Positions 7,162-8,242 of a stretch of 8,242 nucleotides of DNA are shown here, one piece after another (the stretch's first letter is position 1; each line of letters begins with the position of its first letter). Origin of the DNA: Tubiluchus corallicola (taxonomy: Eukaryota > Animalia > Priapulida); contig JAQGDQ010000658.1 of assembly GCA_030141605.1 (NCBI GenBank), positions 109,200 to 117,441 of the forward strand, read 5' to 3'. The position numbers and the translations under genes were made by a program. The notes beneath the pieces are model-generated. The model was given only the letters and a program-made list of their open reading frames with translations, was not told the origin of the DNA and ran no database searches.

Positions 7162-7744
7162 TATACATATTAGTTATTAGATAATATTATTATAGGTACA
7201 AATGTTAATTTTAAACGCATTTTTCTTATGATAGTATGGTGAACAACATGTGTTGAATTATGTGATGAACAACAAGTATGCATCAGATCTCTTGATTGAC
7301 ATAATACGGTACACATACACAACTGGCGTTTTATTGCTATACTTTGACAGAAGGTTAACATAAATACAGGTAGTATTAGACTATATCATAAATATGCTGT
7401 ATAATAACAAACAATCTATAGTGAATCTCACCAGACAATTTATCTGAAACGCAACTTTAAGTTTTCTGTTGCACTCATAACAAATATTTTATTTAAACCC
7501 GCCAGTTGTCGCCTAAGTTATGCACTTTTAGGCCTAGCCTGAGAGCAAGAATTATTATTGCTTCAAACATTAAAAATGACATATTATGAAAGCAATAACA
7601 TAACATGCATGGAAAAAGTAAACTAGTGTTGCTTAGTAAAGGCACCTAGACTCCAAAAGTGTCTGAGACGAAATTGTAATTAGACTTATTCTTTGATGCT
7701 TTTTTCGTCCGCACATCATTTACAGACCGATAGTAACATTTTTT

Positions 7745-8040
7745 ATTATCTAATATCTATCATAGCAAATGTTACTCCGTCACGAGACCACATTTCCGCA
7801 GCCAGGTAGTTCTTTGGTATTTTTCCAACATATCTTTTTTGCCAAAATTCCTTCTTTCAGAACCTTGTGTTTTCGTTGCAGGCACGCTTACTTATGGTTC
7901 AAGAGTCAGACGATAACCGAAGGCACTTTATCACTCTCTTTCTTTTCAATGCAGTGATATTTGTTTATGTGGTACTCCGAAATATCTAATGATAATGTAT
8001 ATCTGATTTTGATCTCAGCAAGTCCAGAAAAGTTTGAACT
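7745..8040 (-). mobile_element. LINE ORF1 remnant (C-terminal part, CR1/L2-group ORF1 type)
   Basis: Minus-strand translation LSLDISEYHINKYHCIEKKESDKVPSVIV*LLNHK resembles L-VDI-DID-AHR-GKK...PRPIIVRF. After a frameshift, WSRDGVTFA (WSRDG at 7790-7776) matches the W-S/T-x-DG-I motif near the ORF1 end. It is on the same strand as, and upstream of, the ORF2 remnant. Confidence 0.72.
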
Positions 8041-8242
8041 GTAGGTTCAAGAATAACCCCAACTACTTCTTGAAAACCAAAAACGTAAAGTTATCGCCAA
8101 ACTGTGAGCTTGTGCCTGACTGTCTTTGATTTCACAACCTAATTTTAATCTCAACTTAAATTAATCGTAATTTTAATTTAAAAATAAGCTGTGATCTAAA
8201 TTCATGAAAAATTACTGTTACATTCTAGAGGCTTCTTCATGC

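Noticed and set aside
6931-7957. ORFs 6931..7131 (+), 7170..7361 (-) and 7769..7957 (+)
   Set aside because: The two + ORFs are antisense shadows of the LINE ORF2 and ORF1 remnants. The - ORF has no recognisable motif.

Overview
AT-rich eukaryotic DNA, most likely from an invertebrate; the 5S fragment resembles mollusc/lophotrochozoan 5S rRNA as I recall it. I see no intact protein-coding gene. The window is a dense patchwork of repeats and transposon remnants. In order: a 123-bp tandem array that folds back into a degraded inverted copy of itself, several small DNA-transposon derivatives (CACTA-like, Kolobok-like, Harbinger-like, Crypton-like), a clean 321-bp solo LTR with a 4-bp target-site duplication, and a ~1.3-kb block ending in a Polinton/Maverick-like terminus with a decayed orphan ORF. 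After these come a deleted 5S rRNA fragment between TA microsatellites and ORF1 plus ORF2 remnants of a CR1/L2-group LINE on the minus strand. Of the supplied ORFs, 6747..7088 is recognisable LINE ORF2, 5029..5265 may be part of a decayed gene, and the rest look spurious. Superfamily names rest on terminal signatures and remembered motifs, not on database searches. I found no convincing intact novel system; the best leads are the Polinton-like block, the foldback junction and the 5S fragment.
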